A DNA stretch of 55,050 bases from contig CAIJMI010000005.1 of the NCBI GenBank assembly GCA_903821745.1, positions 1 through 55,050 on the forward strand, read 5' to 3'. The notes below the pieces were generated by a model. It was not told the DNA's origin. It made no database searches and worked only from the letters and a program-made list of their open reading frames with translations. This document shows positions 33,042 through 42,607 of this stretch, one piece after another; position 1 is the first letter of the stretch; each line of letters starts with the position of its first letter. A program made the translations under genes and the position numbers. Source of the DNA: Candidatus Gottesmanbacteria bacterium (GTDB lineage Bacteria > Patescibacteriota > Microgenomatia > UBA10105 > UBA927).

Positions 33042-35996
33042 TTATTGAATATTTAACAAAGTTTGTGCAAGAGCAAAGAAGAAAGATGCCTCTGGGAGAT
33101 TATTAGTAATTAATTTTGTTTTTCCCAAATCGAATATATTAAATCCCCGTTGAATAAAAAGTAAATCTTGGATAATGAAAGACTTTTTCTTTGCCAGCTT
33201 ATTTTCTAAACGAATTACTTCTTTATCCAGGATGTTTTCTTCTGTTTTTAACATTCGGTCAGAAAATAGATGTGGTTTATCATGAAGTGCTGATATATAC
33301 ATTTGCCCAATCAGATCTTCAGTATCAAACAATAGATGAAATCCTTCATTTGAAGTTTTTTCCCGAATTTCCGCTATGGTCCGAAGTAATATTTCCGTCT
33401 GTATTTTGAAGACAAAATAGTTTTGTTTGTCTAGCATACGTTTTGCAAGAGCGAGTTCAATTTGAACGCGTCTTATTTTTTGTTTATCTATATATGATTC
33501 AAGTATTTGAAGATTTTGTTCAATTTGTGTTATCCAATCTATGGTTGAGAGATTTGTAATGGGCATCGAATCAGGATCTGTCGGATGAAATACCACAGAA
33601 TAGTTCTGTTTTTCATTTTGTTGTATTGAGTTTGTTAGAGACGACCACAGTGTTGTATTTATTCCAAATTGTCCGATGGATAGGTGGTACTCTCCATTTC
33701 CAGTACCAGTTATAGTTGTTGTATATGTTCCTTCTTGGGCGTCAGGTATATAAAGGATTCCATCTTGATCATAGTATTCTTGTCCATTGTAGGAAACAAG
33801 AATGGTTGCCGGTGATTGGAGTAAAAACAGGAGTCCCGGAGCAAAGGTTGTTGTTTTTCCTTCATTGATTTGGTTTGAGGCATAATCAATAGATAAAAGA
33901 TCTAGAATGTTTTGAATACCTTCTTTGGAAGCAATAAGTTCTCCGTGATTCTTATTGAACACATACGAAGGATCATCAGAGAATATCGATCTCGATGTAT
34001 TCACTGTGTTATCGCCAGGTGCAGTGATAGTGCTATCTGGTTTTCCGTCCTGCCAGTTTCCGAGTAGGAAATCAATTTTACTTGGTTGTACAACAATATA
34101 TTTATTTGGGGTGTCTGTTCCCGTACCTGCAATAGCATCAAACGTTGGATAGATGGTTTGTATAGAATTATTCAGTATTTCCTGCCATGTATTCCAAACG
34201 TACATTTGATTTTTTGTTATCGTTGAATTATCTGATTTGCGGATAAGATAGGGCTGACTTGGCAATAAATCCTTTAAAACCGGGAATGTTTGTTGGATTG
34301 CTTCTCTATTCGTTTGAAAACTCTTTTTATTGATTTGGAGAAGAATTTGGGTTGCAAATGAAAGAACTGTATTTCCTTGGGATGCGTCTCCACCCTCCCA
34401 TGCGTTATATGGTTGAACAGCGCCTTGGTGTGGGGATCCGAGCGTTATCAAATGCTTCACACGATTTTTATTATTTTCCGTTTGTGTCCAAGTTCGTGCA
34501 ACGAGACCGCCTAATGAATGACCAACTAAATTGATGGTGGTCACTCCCGGTTTATTTAAAACGTTATTTGCAAGGTAGATATTGAATTGGGATGCGATAT
34601 CTGCAACAGGTTTTCGCCAATCATATGTCCAGATAAATAAATTTTCATTTTCCTGGTACCCAAGATTTTTAAGCGTTTTTATAATACCGTCATACTCTTT
34701 AACGAATCCTAATAATTTCCATTCTGCATTTGTAGTATGTTTGTTTTCAAGCATTTCTTCTTTATTCCAGGAAGAAAACATACCAGGAATGATTACAATT
34801 GGAGGTAGAGGAGTCGGTGTTGGTGATGGAGATGGAGTTGGAGATGGTTTTGGCGTTGGACTTGGCGTTGGAGAAGGGGAAGGTGACGGCGTTGGACTAG
34901 ATGTAGGTTTTGGAGATGGTGATGGTGTTGGGGTTAATGTTGGTGTTACCGTTGGTTCTGGAGTTGGAGTCATTGTTGGTAATGGTGTAGAGGTAGGAAA
35001 TAAAGACTCTGATGGCGTTGGCAGCAGTGTCGGGGGTAATCCTAGATATGCTAATCCTATTCCTTTAGATGCAAGATAATGGCCACCATACCAAATAAAT
35101 GTAGATTCACTTGTTTTAACGACTGATGATTCAGAGACACCGTTTTTGTCAAAGCTCGGTGATATAGAGCTTTTTATAATAATTGGGTTTTCATCCAGTG
35201 GTTTTATCCAATCGATGCCGTCTGGTGAATAAGCATACAACACGGCAGAAAAGGCACCAAGATCAGTAGTGGTGTAAAACATATTAAATTTTCTTTCAAT
35301 GTTATTGGTATCGTAATAAATTTCTGGACTTATTAGATTTGGTGCTTCTAAATTGTAGGTTCTAGTAATAATTGGGTTACTTAAGTTTGGTATCCAAGTG
35401 ATCCCATCTGTTGAAGTAAAAACTCCAATTTTCCATGTACCGTTTCTCCCAGCTAACCACATATAATATTTATTGTTAATGAGTAGAACATTCGGACATG
35501 AAACCATTTCAATTTCCCAGGCAGCCTCAGGCTTATGAACCATTACGTCTTGATCATTGGTCCAATTAATTCCATCATTACTTTCGGAATGATAAATTTT
35601 TAAGTCCGTAGAACCACTATTTGTTGATGATGTATACCACATTTCATATTTATTTGTTAAGGAATTAAATAACCAACTTGGATCATGAACATCACGACCA
35701 TCATATGTGAGTCGACTTTTTACCGGATTTATAAATTTTATCCAGTTAATTCCGTCTAATGAATAAGCTAATCCTATTTGCCATCTGCCATTAGTTCCTT
35801 GTCCGCCGTAAAGCATTTTATATAATGATTTATCATATATAACGGCGGGCATTTTTATTTGGTTTGAATCCCAGCTTGAAGAATTTGTAGTTAGAAGAGC
35901 GTCGCCATATCTTGTCGCATTTGCATGGACAGCATGAGCATGACTTAAAAAGATTATAATAAAGAATATTAGGATGAGTTTATGGGCAGTTTTCAT
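33042..35996 (-). CDS. secreted multidomain protein: signal peptide, five-bladed beta-propeller (GH43/GH130-like), Pro/Thr/Ser linker, alpha/beta-hydrolase (LCAT/PGAP1-like lipase), beta-rich and helical C-terminal region
   Basis: Signal peptide [27 protein letters not shown]. Five repeats of the pattern Y-x-M-W/F-Y ... IG-x-A/F-x-S-x-DG-I-x-W. Linker at residues 321-399. Lipase part PIVIIPGMF, nucleophile elbow GHSLGG (Ser494), GDNTV (Asp662), NHGEL (His684). Confidence 0.8.
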   Translation of the reverse strand: MKTAHKLILIFFIIIFLSHAHAVHANATRYGDALLTTNSSSWDSNQIKMPAVIYDKSLYKMLYGGQGTNGRWQIGLAYSLDGINWIKFINPVKSRLTYDGRDVHDPSWLFNSLTNKYEMWYTSSTNSGSTDLKIYHSESNDGINWTNDQDVMVHKPEAAWEIEMVSCPNVLLINNKYYMWLAGRNGTWKIGVFTSTDGITWIPNLSNPIITRTYNLEAPNLISPEIYYDTNNIERKFNMFYTTTDLGAFSAVLYAYSPDGIDWIKPLDENPIIIKSSISPSFDKNGVSESSVVKTSESTFIWYGGHYLASKGIGLAYLGLPPTLLPTPSESLFPTSTPLPTMTPTPEPTVTPTLTPTPSPSPKPTSSPTPSPSPSPTPSPTPKPSPTPSPSPTPTPLPPIVIIPGMFSSWNKEEMLENKHTTNAEWKLLGFVKEYDGIIKTLKNLGYQENENLFIWTYDWRKPVADIASQFNIYLANNVLNKPGVTTINLVGHSLGGLVARTWTQTENNKNRVKHLITLGSPHQGAVQPYNAWEGGDASQGNTVLSFATQILLQINKKSFQTNREAIQQTFPVLKDLLPSQPYLIRKSDNSTITKNQMYVWNTWQEILNNSIQTIYPTFDAIAGTGTDTPNKYIVVQPSKIDFLLGNWQDGKPDSTITAPGDNTVNTSRSIFSDDPSYVFNKNHGELIASKEGIQNILDLLSIDYASNQINEGKTTTFAPGLLFLLQSPATILVSYNGQEYYDQDGILYIPDAQEGTYTTTITGTGNGEYHLSIGQFGINTTLWSSLTNSIQQNEKQNYSVVFHPTDPDSMPITNLSTIDWITQIEQNLQILESYIDKQKIRRVQIELALAKRMLDKQNYFVFKIQTEILLRTIAEIREKTSNEGFHLLFDTEDLIGQMYISALHDKPHLFSDRMLKTEENILDKEVIRLENKLAKKKSFIIQDLLFIQRGFNIFDLGKTKLITNNLPEASFFFALAQTLLNIQ
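34800..35036 (-). repeat. low-complexity Pro/Thr/Ser-linker coding repeats (PTPSPSP units)
   Basis: Residues 321-399 of the 984-aa protein ([54 protein letters not shown]). On the plus strand this reads as reiterated ggtgttgg/gatgg units. Confidence 0.8.
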
Positions 35997-36044
35997 CCAT
36001 ATATATTTATTATTTTTTTAATATAAAAAGTCAATAAGTAATTT

Positions 36045-36935
36045 ATGAAATCACCTAAATGTTATTTGTGTGGCGGTAAAAAAGTAAATTTACTGTATTC
36101 AGTTAATCAATGGAATATCTATAAATGTGATAGCTGTCTATTTATTTATGTTTATCCATTGCTTAGTCGCGATGAATTAAAGGCGTTATATTTGAAATTT
36201 AAGGCAAATATATTTGAAAAATCTAATATCATTCTTAATGATGCAAAACATTCTCTTAATTATTTTAGTAAACATCGATTTGGAAAAAAAACTTTGTTAG
36301 ATATAGGATGTGGAAATGGAATATTTATGGATGAGGCGGCAAACAGTGGGTGGTCAGTTACAGGCATTGAGACCTCATTGGATTTATTTAGTTATCTTAA
36401 AAAAACTTACACCTACAAGTTTATTCAAGGAGATATTTTAACTACCCATATTAAACAAAAATTTGATCTTGTGACATTGAATCAAGTGATTGAACATTTT
36501 TCTGAACCTAAATTATTGATTAAACGTTGTTATGAGCTATTAAACAATCGGGGATTAATATATATAGCCACACCAAATATTTCTAGTATTGTTGCAAAAA
36601 TTAGAAAAAATGATTTTGATTATGTTATTCCACCCGAACATTTAAGTTATTTTAATGATAAAAGTTTAATTAGAATTTTAACAAATGAAGGTTTTCAAGT
36701 AATAAAAGTTGGCACATGGAGTTACCCTGTTGATTTAGCAGGTTTAATTAAGTTTTTTTTGGGTAAAAGAAGAAGCATTGTTTTAAATAAATCTGTTAAT
36801 TCAGATAGGGAGCGTACTTTTACTAAAAATATAAAATATTTTTTATTCGATAAAATTTTTTGTCGAATGTTTTATAAATTTTTAAATATAAATAATGGTG
36901 GTACTATGGTGGAAATTTTAGCTCAAAAACAATGA
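36045..36935 (+). CDS. class I SAM-dependent methyltransferase with an N-terminal Cys4 zinc ribbon
   Basis: CYLCGG...CDSC ribbon and motif I LLDIGCGNGIF. Very AT-rich gene. Confidence 0.8.
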   Translation: MKSPKCYLCGGKKVNLLYSVNQWNIYKCDSCLFIYVYPLLSRDELKALYLKFKANIFEKSNIILNDAKHSLNYFSKHRFGKKTLLDIGCGNGIFMDEAANSGWSVTGIETSLDLFSYLKKTYTYKFIQGDILTTHIKQKFDLVTLNQVIEHFSEPKLLIKRCYELLNNRGLIYIATPNISSIVAKIRKNDFDYVIPPEHLSYFNDKSLIRILTNEGFQVIKVGTWSYPVDLAGLIKFFLGKRRSIVLNKSVNSDRERTFTKNIKYFLFDKIFCRMFYKFLNINNGGTMVEILAQKQ

Positions 36936-37684
36936 AACTCTCGGCAGTAATTATTACAAAAAATGCTTCAAAGCAATTGGAAAATGCTATACGAAGCGTG
37001 AAGAGTATTGTTGATGAAATAACAGTTGTCGATACTGGCAGTTTTGATGAAACAATAAAAATCGCGCGGCGATTTACAAAAAACGTATTTGAAGTACCTT
37101 TGAATCAAGATTTCTCCATTGTTCGCAACTACGCACTTTCTCGTTCAATTGGCGAATGGATACTGGTACTTGATGCGGATGAAGTATTGAGTGAAGAATT
37201 GAAAAAACAGATTCCTGAGTTGATCAAACATCGTACCTATGTTGGATTCTGGTTCAGGCGTCGTTGGTATATCAACAACAAACGATATTTGAAATATGGT
37301 CTGTTTTATCCGGATTACCAACTGCGGCTTTTCAGGAATTCTATAGAATTTCAATATATAAAGAGAGTACATGAAGAAGTGACTATTCCTCCAGAAAAAA
37401 CACAGCAAATACACGCAGACATCTACCATTATAATTCAATACAGAAATATATATCCTGGAAAGGATTTCAACAGCTCGATGACTACATTCATATGCAGGC
37501 GCTGATGTATAAAGAGAAAGGGGACAGCAAGCTTGTATTGATAGGAAAGGCAATTTATACATTTGTTGATATGTTTTTTGTTGGACTTATCCGTGGGAAG
37601 GGAATACTGGATGGTTGGATAGGCGTGAAAGCACATTTCTTCTTTGCTCTATCCATCGCGAAAGGATATATTGAGGCTATATGA
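36932..37684 (+). CDS. family 2 glycosyltransferase
   Basis: LSAVIITKNASKQLENAI, VVDTGSFDET, LVLDADE (DxD); about 250 aa with a hydrophobic C-terminus. ATGA overlap with the methyltransferase. Confidence 0.8.
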   Translation: MKLSAVIITKNASKQLENAIRSVKSIVDEITVVDTGSFDETIKIARRFTKNVFEVPLNQDFSIVRNYALSRSIGEWILVLDADEVLSEELKKQIPELIKHRTYVGFWFRRRWYINNKRYLKYGLFYPDYQLRLFRNSIEFQYIKRVHEEVTIPPEKTQQIHADIYHYNSIQKYISWKGFQQLDDYIHMQALMYKEKGDSKLVLIGKAIYTFVDMFFVGLIRGKGILDGWIGVKAHFFFALSIAKGYIEAI

Positions 37685-38778
37685 TTATTGGCGTTGATGC
37701 AGGTGCCATTTGTGAAACAGACGATCGGTTAAAGGTCGGTGTCTATCGTGTCACGCATGAACTTCTAAACCATTTAACAACGCTTGATACAACGAATGCA
37801 TATCGGTTATACAGTTTTGCCTCAATTCCCCGGGAGATAATGACGAAGTTCGGTAACCGTATGGTAAATATTGCACTAACACCATCTGTTGGATATATGA
37901 AAGTGCGTTTACCATTTCATCTTCGCTTTCATCCAAATGATGTTTTTTTAGGACTTTCTCAGGCGGTGCCAATTGGGGTTGCTCATGCCGTTGGATTTGT
38001 GTATGACCTGGGTTTTTTAGTGGCCCCAAAAGAATATGGTGATAGCGCCGAGCGACTAACAAAACAAACAGAAAATACTATTTTTCGATCTTCTCACATT
38101 ATCACTATTTCAGAAACTGTAAAGAATGACATTATAAAAACATATCATATTGATTCATCGAGAATTTCTGTCTGTTTGCCGGGAATTGCGGATATTTTTT
38201 TGACTCCAGGGGAAGAATCACATCATCCTCATCCATATTTTCTGTCTGTGGGACTCCTGAAACCGGGGAAACATTTGCCAGTGGCAATACGTGCATTTGC
38301 AGCATTTTTAAAGAGTGTAAAGAAACCATATGATTTTATTATTATCGGTGGTGACACACAGCTCGATCCTGATATTAAAAAAACTATCCACGAACTACGT
38401 TTGGAAAAACGAGTTCATTTACTGGGATATTTGAGTGATAGTGATGTTGGAAAATGGTATAGGGGTGCTGAAGCGCTCATAGCATTAAGTGCACACGAAG
38501 GATTCTGTTTGCCTGCAGCTGAATCAATGGCGTGTGGAACACCGGTCATTTATGCAAATCTTGGCGCCCTTCCTGAAATTGTTGGTGAAGGGGGAATTGC
38601 CGTTACGACCGCCAACACTTCATCCATTGTTGGTGCACTATATGGGATGACACAAAAAACAACACGAATGGAAAAACAAAAAGCTGCATATCTACAGTCA
38701 AAAAAATATCGCTGGGAATCGTTCGCTTCCGGAGTGCTATCTGTGATTACTGGTGTGTTAAGAGAAAATAAAGGATAA
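37681..38778 (+). CDS. family 4 (GT-B) glycosyltransferase
   Basis: C-terminal EX7E-type motif EGFCLPAAESMACGTPVIYANLGALPEIVGEGG. ATGA overlap with the GT2. Confidence 0.85.
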   Translation: MIIGVDAGAICETDDRLKVGVYRVTHELLNHLTTLDTTNAYRLYSFASIPREIMTKFGNRMVNIALTPSVGYMKVRLPFHLRFHPNDVFLGLSQAVPIGVAHAVGFVYDLGFLVAPKEYGDSAERLTKQTENTIFRSSHIITISETVKNDIIKTYHIDSSRISVCLPGIADIFLTPGEESHHPHPYFLSVGLLKPGKHLPVAIRAFAAFLKSVKKPYDFIIIGGDTQLDPDIKKTIHELRLEKRVHLLGYLSDSDVGKWYRGAEALIALSAHEGFCLPAAESMACGTPVIYANLGALPEIVGEGGIAVTTANTSSIVGALYGMTQKTTRMEKQKAAYLQSKKYRWESFASGVLSVITGVLRENKG

Positions 38779-39820
38779 GAAGGCTGTTGATACTTCCAAG
38801 AGGAATAAGAAATGTTAAAACCATCAAATCTTCAGTAAATTTTCTTTTTGCAAGATAAATAAGAAGTTTTGCAAGTGCAATAGCTACAACCGGAAGCATT
38901 CCAATAAACATGCGTCCACTATAACTTGCCCCTTGATCCCACGAACTCCAAATGGAAACAAAATACAGGGATAATAAAAGAAGCAAACCTGATAACCATT
39001 TGATCGATTGTTGTGCCCCCCAAGACCGCAAATAGCCAAGGAGTGAAATAAAAAATAATGGCGTGTATACGAGTAAACCATTCTGTAGTGAAAATAAAAC
39101 AGAAAAAATGTGAGGCGAAAAGAATGAATATTTTTCACCACCGGTAAAATACGGACTGAGCAATGGATTGCCGGTAGCGGTAAACCATACAATCATCTGC
39201 GGCAAAAATAATAAAACGAATCCTGACAAAAGGGGAAAGATCATTTTTTTATTGATAAATGGTATCAACAAAATTCCATAAAGAATATCTTGTGGACGCA
39301 TGAGGGTAACTAAACCCAACGCTGCACCGGTAAGAAAAGATTGTTTTTGAAAAAGAAAAGTAAGAAATAGGGTTGCAGCAAAAAATGATACAGCGTGGGA
39401 ATTGACGGGATCAATGGATCCATAGAAAAATAAATGGGTTGCAAGAGCAATAAGTGAGGTTGTTATTGCAGCAATTGTCGGCTTTGTGAATTTCATGAGT
39501 AGTCGATAGAGAAAGATAAGGCCTGTAATTGCGTAGAGAACACTGGTTAGTCCAAGAATAAATTGATTAGGAAATGAGAATACATTTCCATGAACAATGG
39601 AGTTCCCCCAGAAATAAAAGGGTGCCCAAAGTAACGCAGGTCCGATGGCATATTTATTAGTAGGTAGGATTTGGAAAATATTAAGCCAATTGACGTAATA
39701 TACTCCGTCCCCGTATACCGTTTTTTGTAATAGCAGGGCGTGAATACAATAAACGATTATATACAGAAGAAACGTACATAAGAGAATTGTGTTTGTATGC
39801 GATAACAGTTTTTTCATCAT
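38747..39820 (-). CDS. polytopic membrane protein, possible GT-C-type glycosyltransferase
   Basis: About 10 predicted TM helices and an early extracytoplasmic loop with YGDGVYY. Its location inside a glycosylation cluster is the only functional hint. Confidence 0.55.
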   Translation of the reverse strand: MMKKLLSHTNTILLCTFLLYIIVYCIHALLLQKTVYGDGVYYVNWLNIFQILPTNKYAIGPALLWAPFYFWGNSIVHGNVFSFPNQFILGLTSVLYAITGLIFLYRLLMKFTKPTIAAITTSLIALATHLFFYGSIDPVNSHAVSFFAATLFLTFLFQKQSFLTGAALGLVTLMRPQDILYGILLIPFINKKMIFPLLSGFVLLFLPQMIVWFTATGNPLLSPYFTGGEKYSFFSPHIFSVLFSLQNGLLVYTPLFFISLLGYLRSWGAQQSIKWLSGLLLLLSLYFVSIWSSWDQGASYSGRMFIGMLPVVAIALAKLLIYLAKRKFTEDLMVLTFLIPLGSINSLLILYFLLTHQ

Positions 39821-39821
39821 G

Positions 39822-39852
39822 CTTTATACTTCGTGTATAATACTTTATACTT
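39822..39852. promoter_or_regulatory. divergent promoter region with a perfect 10-nt direct repeat flanking a TATAAT
   Basis: CTTTATACTT at 39822-39831 and 39843-39852 (21-nt period) brackets TATAAT (39836-39841), between the minus-strand membrane gene (start 39820) and the plus-strand GT2 (ATG 39860). Confidence 0.4.
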
Positions 39853-39859
39853 AACGTTA

Positions 39860-40609
39860 ATGATCTCTTGCGTCATTTTAACCCATAATAGCCAGGATTC
39901 AATAGTAGAAGCCTTAAAAAGTGTAAGCTGGTGTGATGAACGGATTGTTATTGATGATGAGTCTTCTGATCAAACGGTTGTTATTGCGAAGCGATATAAA
40001 GCGCAGGTGTTTCCACATTCACTGAATAACGACTTTGCTGCACAACGAAATTATGGGTTAAGTCTTGCAAAAGGCGAGTGGGTACTGTTTCTTGATAGTG
40101 ATGAAATGGTTACACCGGAACTGCAAAAAGATATTCAGGACGAATGTAAAAAAATAAAAACTGCAGATGCATATTATATTCCGCGTATTGATCGAATGTT
40201 TGGCAAGAACCTGCGTTTTGGAGATACGGGAGGAGCAAGGTTTATTCGACTGGCAAAAAAACAAGCAGGGAAGTGGGAAAGAGAAGTCCATGAAACATGG
40301 GATATTGCAGGTGAGGTAAAAACATTCACGCATCCCCTGTTGCACTCCCCTCACCCAAATATAAAATTATTTTTGTCACAAATTAACCGATATACGACGA
40401 TTAATGCTCGTGTTTTTTATGGCCAGGGGAAACGTGCAACATGTTGCGCCATTCTCGTTTATCCAATTGCGAAGTTTTTATATATCTATATTGTTCAATT
40501 AGGATTTTTGGATGGAATAGCTGGATTTATTATGGCAATGATGATGTCGTTTCATTCATTTCTAACACGAGCAAAGTTATGGCAACTGCAGAAAGTCACT
40601 GCAAAATAG
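39860..40609 (+). CDS. family 2 glycosyltransferase (paralogue of 36932..37684)
   Basis: ISCVILTHNSQDSIVEAL, VIDDESSDQT, LFLDSDE. Same length and C-terminal hydrophobic segment as the other GT2. The track start GTG 39833 overlaps the -10 box. Confidence 0.8.
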   Translation: MISCVILTHNSQDSIVEALKSVSWCDERIVIDDESSDQTVVIAKRYKAQVFPHSLNNDFAAQRNYGLSLAKGEWVLFLDSDEMVTPELQKDIQDECKKIKTADAYYIPRIDRMFGKNLRFGDTGGARFIRLAKKQAGKWEREVHETWDIAGEVKTFTHPLLHSPHPNIKLFLSQINRYTTINARVFYGQGKRATCCAILVYPIAKFLYIYIVQLGFLDGIAGFIMAMMMSFHSFLTRAKLWQLQKVTAK

Positions 40610-40610
40610 T

Positions 40611-41777
40611 ATGTGGCCGATTCTTTTATTTTGTACGATTTTGTTAGGGCAGCTGGGCCGTATCCAGATAACTCCCGCTATTGCAATATATATCTCAGAT
40701 GTTGTTCTTCTTTTATATGTAATCTTTCATCTTCCATTTCTTTGGAAAGAGAGAAAACAGATTACTGCAGTATCTTGTCTCAAACCATTTCTCCTTGTGA
40801 GCATTGTTTGTGCCATGTCACTGTTGGTCAATGAGCATCGTTTTGCTCAAATTGATGTCATGGTTGGTATTGCCTATTTTCTGAGGTATCTGTTATATGC
40901 GTTCGTGTATGTTCTGGTCAGGCTGGACAAAAGGCCAGCCGTTTACTGGTTTAAATGGGTATTTGTTTTAGGATTTGGTTTTGCGCTTCTTGGGATCCTT
41001 CAGTTGTTTGTGTATCCAGATCTTCGAAATCTTTCCTATGACGGATGGGATCCGCATTATTATCGTTTGTTTTCGACGCTGTTTGACCCAAATTTTATGG
41101 GAAGCATTCTGCTTGTATCCTTTCAATCTGGGGTACTCTTTATTGATAAACGAAAGCAGGATCTCGCAGTATTAGTTGGACTTGCAACAATTTTTGTCGC
41201 CTTCTTATTGACCTATTCAAGAAGTAGTTATGTTGCTGCTATTGCTGTGTTCATTGCATATATGCTGCTTACCAAGCGTTGGAAATTAGCATTCTGGCTT
41301 TTAGGATTTTGTGTTGTGCTTCTGTACTTGCCGGCTATTGGGGGAGAGTCAACGTTATTGTTTAGAAAGTTTACGGCATTTGCTAGAATCACGAATTGGC
41401 AAGAGGGGATGCAGATGTTTTGGGAATCCCCTGTTATTGGGTTTGGATTTAATATGGTGAAGTCTCTTTCTCATAATGCTCCGACGTTACAATCAGGCGT
41501 CTTGGCAAAGTCAACGAGCGGGTATGATAACAGCATCATTTTTATATTGGTTACAACCGGTAGCATTGGACTTGCGGCATTTGCCTATTTATGGATAACA
41601 ATGATCCGCTCTGGTTTGCACGTGTTTCGAATTGCTAAAAAATCGAAATTTGGTTTGCTGTATATCACCATTCTTGTTGCCTCCTTTGTTCATAGTATGT
41701 TTGTAAATACACTTTTTTATCCGCAAATGATGATTCTTTTATGGATAGTAACGGGAGCAATTGAGAAAGAAGGATAA
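40611..41777 (+). CDS. O-antigen ligase/polymerase-like (Wzy_C domain) membrane protein
   Basis: About 10 TM helices and the Wzy_C-type loop region (LLTYSRSSYVAAIAV ... ITNWQEGMQMFWESPVIGFGFN). Confidence 0.75.
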   Translation: MWPILLFCTILLGQLGRIQITPAIAIYISDVVLLLYVIFHLPFLWKERKQITAVSCLKPFLLVSIVCAMSLLVNEHRFAQIDVMVGIAYFLRYLLYAFVYVLVRLDKRPAVYWFKWVFVLGFGFALLGILQLFVYPDLRNLSYDGWDPHYYRLFSTLFDPNFMGSILLVSFQSGVLFIDKRKQDLAVLVGLATIFVAFLLTYSRSSYVAAIAVFIAYMLLTKRWKLAFWLLGFCVVLLYLPAIGGESTLLFRKFTAFARITNWQEGMQMFWESPVIGFGFNMVKSLSHNAPTLQSGVLAKSTSGYDNSIIFILVTTGSIGLAAFAYLWITMIRSGLHVFRIAKKSKFGLLYITILVASFVHSMFVNTLFYPQMMILLWIVTGAIEKEG

Positions 41778-41784
41778 ATAAGAT

Positions 41785-42498
41785 TTACTTTGAGTACTTC
41801 ACTTTTCGTTCAACTTTTGTCTGATTGCCTGCGGGGTCTGTTGCGATAATTTGGAGATTTGTATCGCCTTCACCAAGTGGGTAATCATAAGAAAATCCTC
41901 CGTCTGGTCTCATGACCACAATGCGACCGTTTACGGTTACCATGTTGCCATCTTCGGTTTTTCCGGATACGGTTATAATATTTGAATCACCGTGTATTTG
42001 ATCGCCATCATGTGGGGTTGTAACTTCGAGTGTCGGTTTTGATTTTTTTATGGTAACTGTAATAATTTCAGAAAGGTCGCTAATGTTGTTTTTTTCGTCT
42101 GTCAACTTTGCGCTTAACGTATTTGTGCCTTCGGCAAGTGAGACATTTGCAAACTTAAAAGTTCCATCTTTTTCAACCTTCATTTTTTTTGTGTCCATAT
42201 CATTGATGTATAAAATGACGGTGAGATCAGCAGTTCCTTTTCCGGTTACGGCAATTGTCGCGCTATTGGTGGCAATTGGTAATGGATCAAGCTCCGGGGG
42301 AAGAATCAGTTGTTGTGTTGAAGTTGTTTGTGTAGGAGTTCCGCCCCGAATATTATCAACCAATATACTAAATCCAGTAAGAATTTTGATGCCAAAGAAT
42401 GCAAGAAACAGAAAGATGACAACAATGCCTGCGAGTGCGCCAACAATTTTTCGTTCCTGGCGATGTTCTTCAAAATGACGAAGTCGTGAATATATCAT
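41785..42498 (-). CDS. membrane-anchored protein with two bacterial Ig-like domains
   Basis: N-terminal TM (IVGALAGIVVIFLFLAFFGI), then two similar beta-sandwich-like units (IAVTGKGTADLTV...NTLSAKLTDE and ITVSGKTEDGNMVTVNG...TNLQIIATDPAGN). Confidence 0.6.
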   Translation of the reverse strand: MIYSRLRHFEEHRQERKIVGALAGIVVIFLFLAFFGIKILTGFSILVDNIRGGTPTQTTSTQQLILPPELDPLPIATNSATIAVTGKGTADLTVILYINDMDTKKMKVEKDGTFKFANVSLAEGTNTLSAKLTDEKNNISDLSEIITVTIKKSKPTLEVTTPHDGDQIHGDSNIITVSGKTEDGNMVTVNGRIVVMRPDGGFSYDYPLGEGDTNLQIIATDPAGNQTKVERKVKYSK

Positions 42499-42526
42499 AT
42501 TCGTTTACAAAGTATAGCACCGTTTG

Positions 42527-42597
42527 AGCCTCCTGTCAGAATTGGACTGACATCTACGGTTTACGATACCGCTGCTCTGCCGTTGAGCTAAGGAGGC
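42527..42597 (-). tRNA. tRNA-Thr (anticodon CGT) with a non-canonical T-loop
   Basis: Reverse complement folds as GCCTCCT-TA-GCTC-AACGGCA-GAGC-A-GCGGT-ATCGTAA-ACCGT-AGAT-GTCAG-TCCAATT-CTGAC-AGGAGGC-T. The T-loop reads TCC instead of TTC. Confidence 0.8.
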
Positions 42598-42607
42598 AAG
42601 AATTATG

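Noticed and set aside
34582-35079. 165-aa plus-strand ORF rich in Gly/Val/Asp ([19 protein letters not shown]...)
   Set aside because: It is the antisense reading of the Pro/Thr/Ser linker of the 984-aa minus-strand protein. The low-complexity mirror frame stays open by composition alone.
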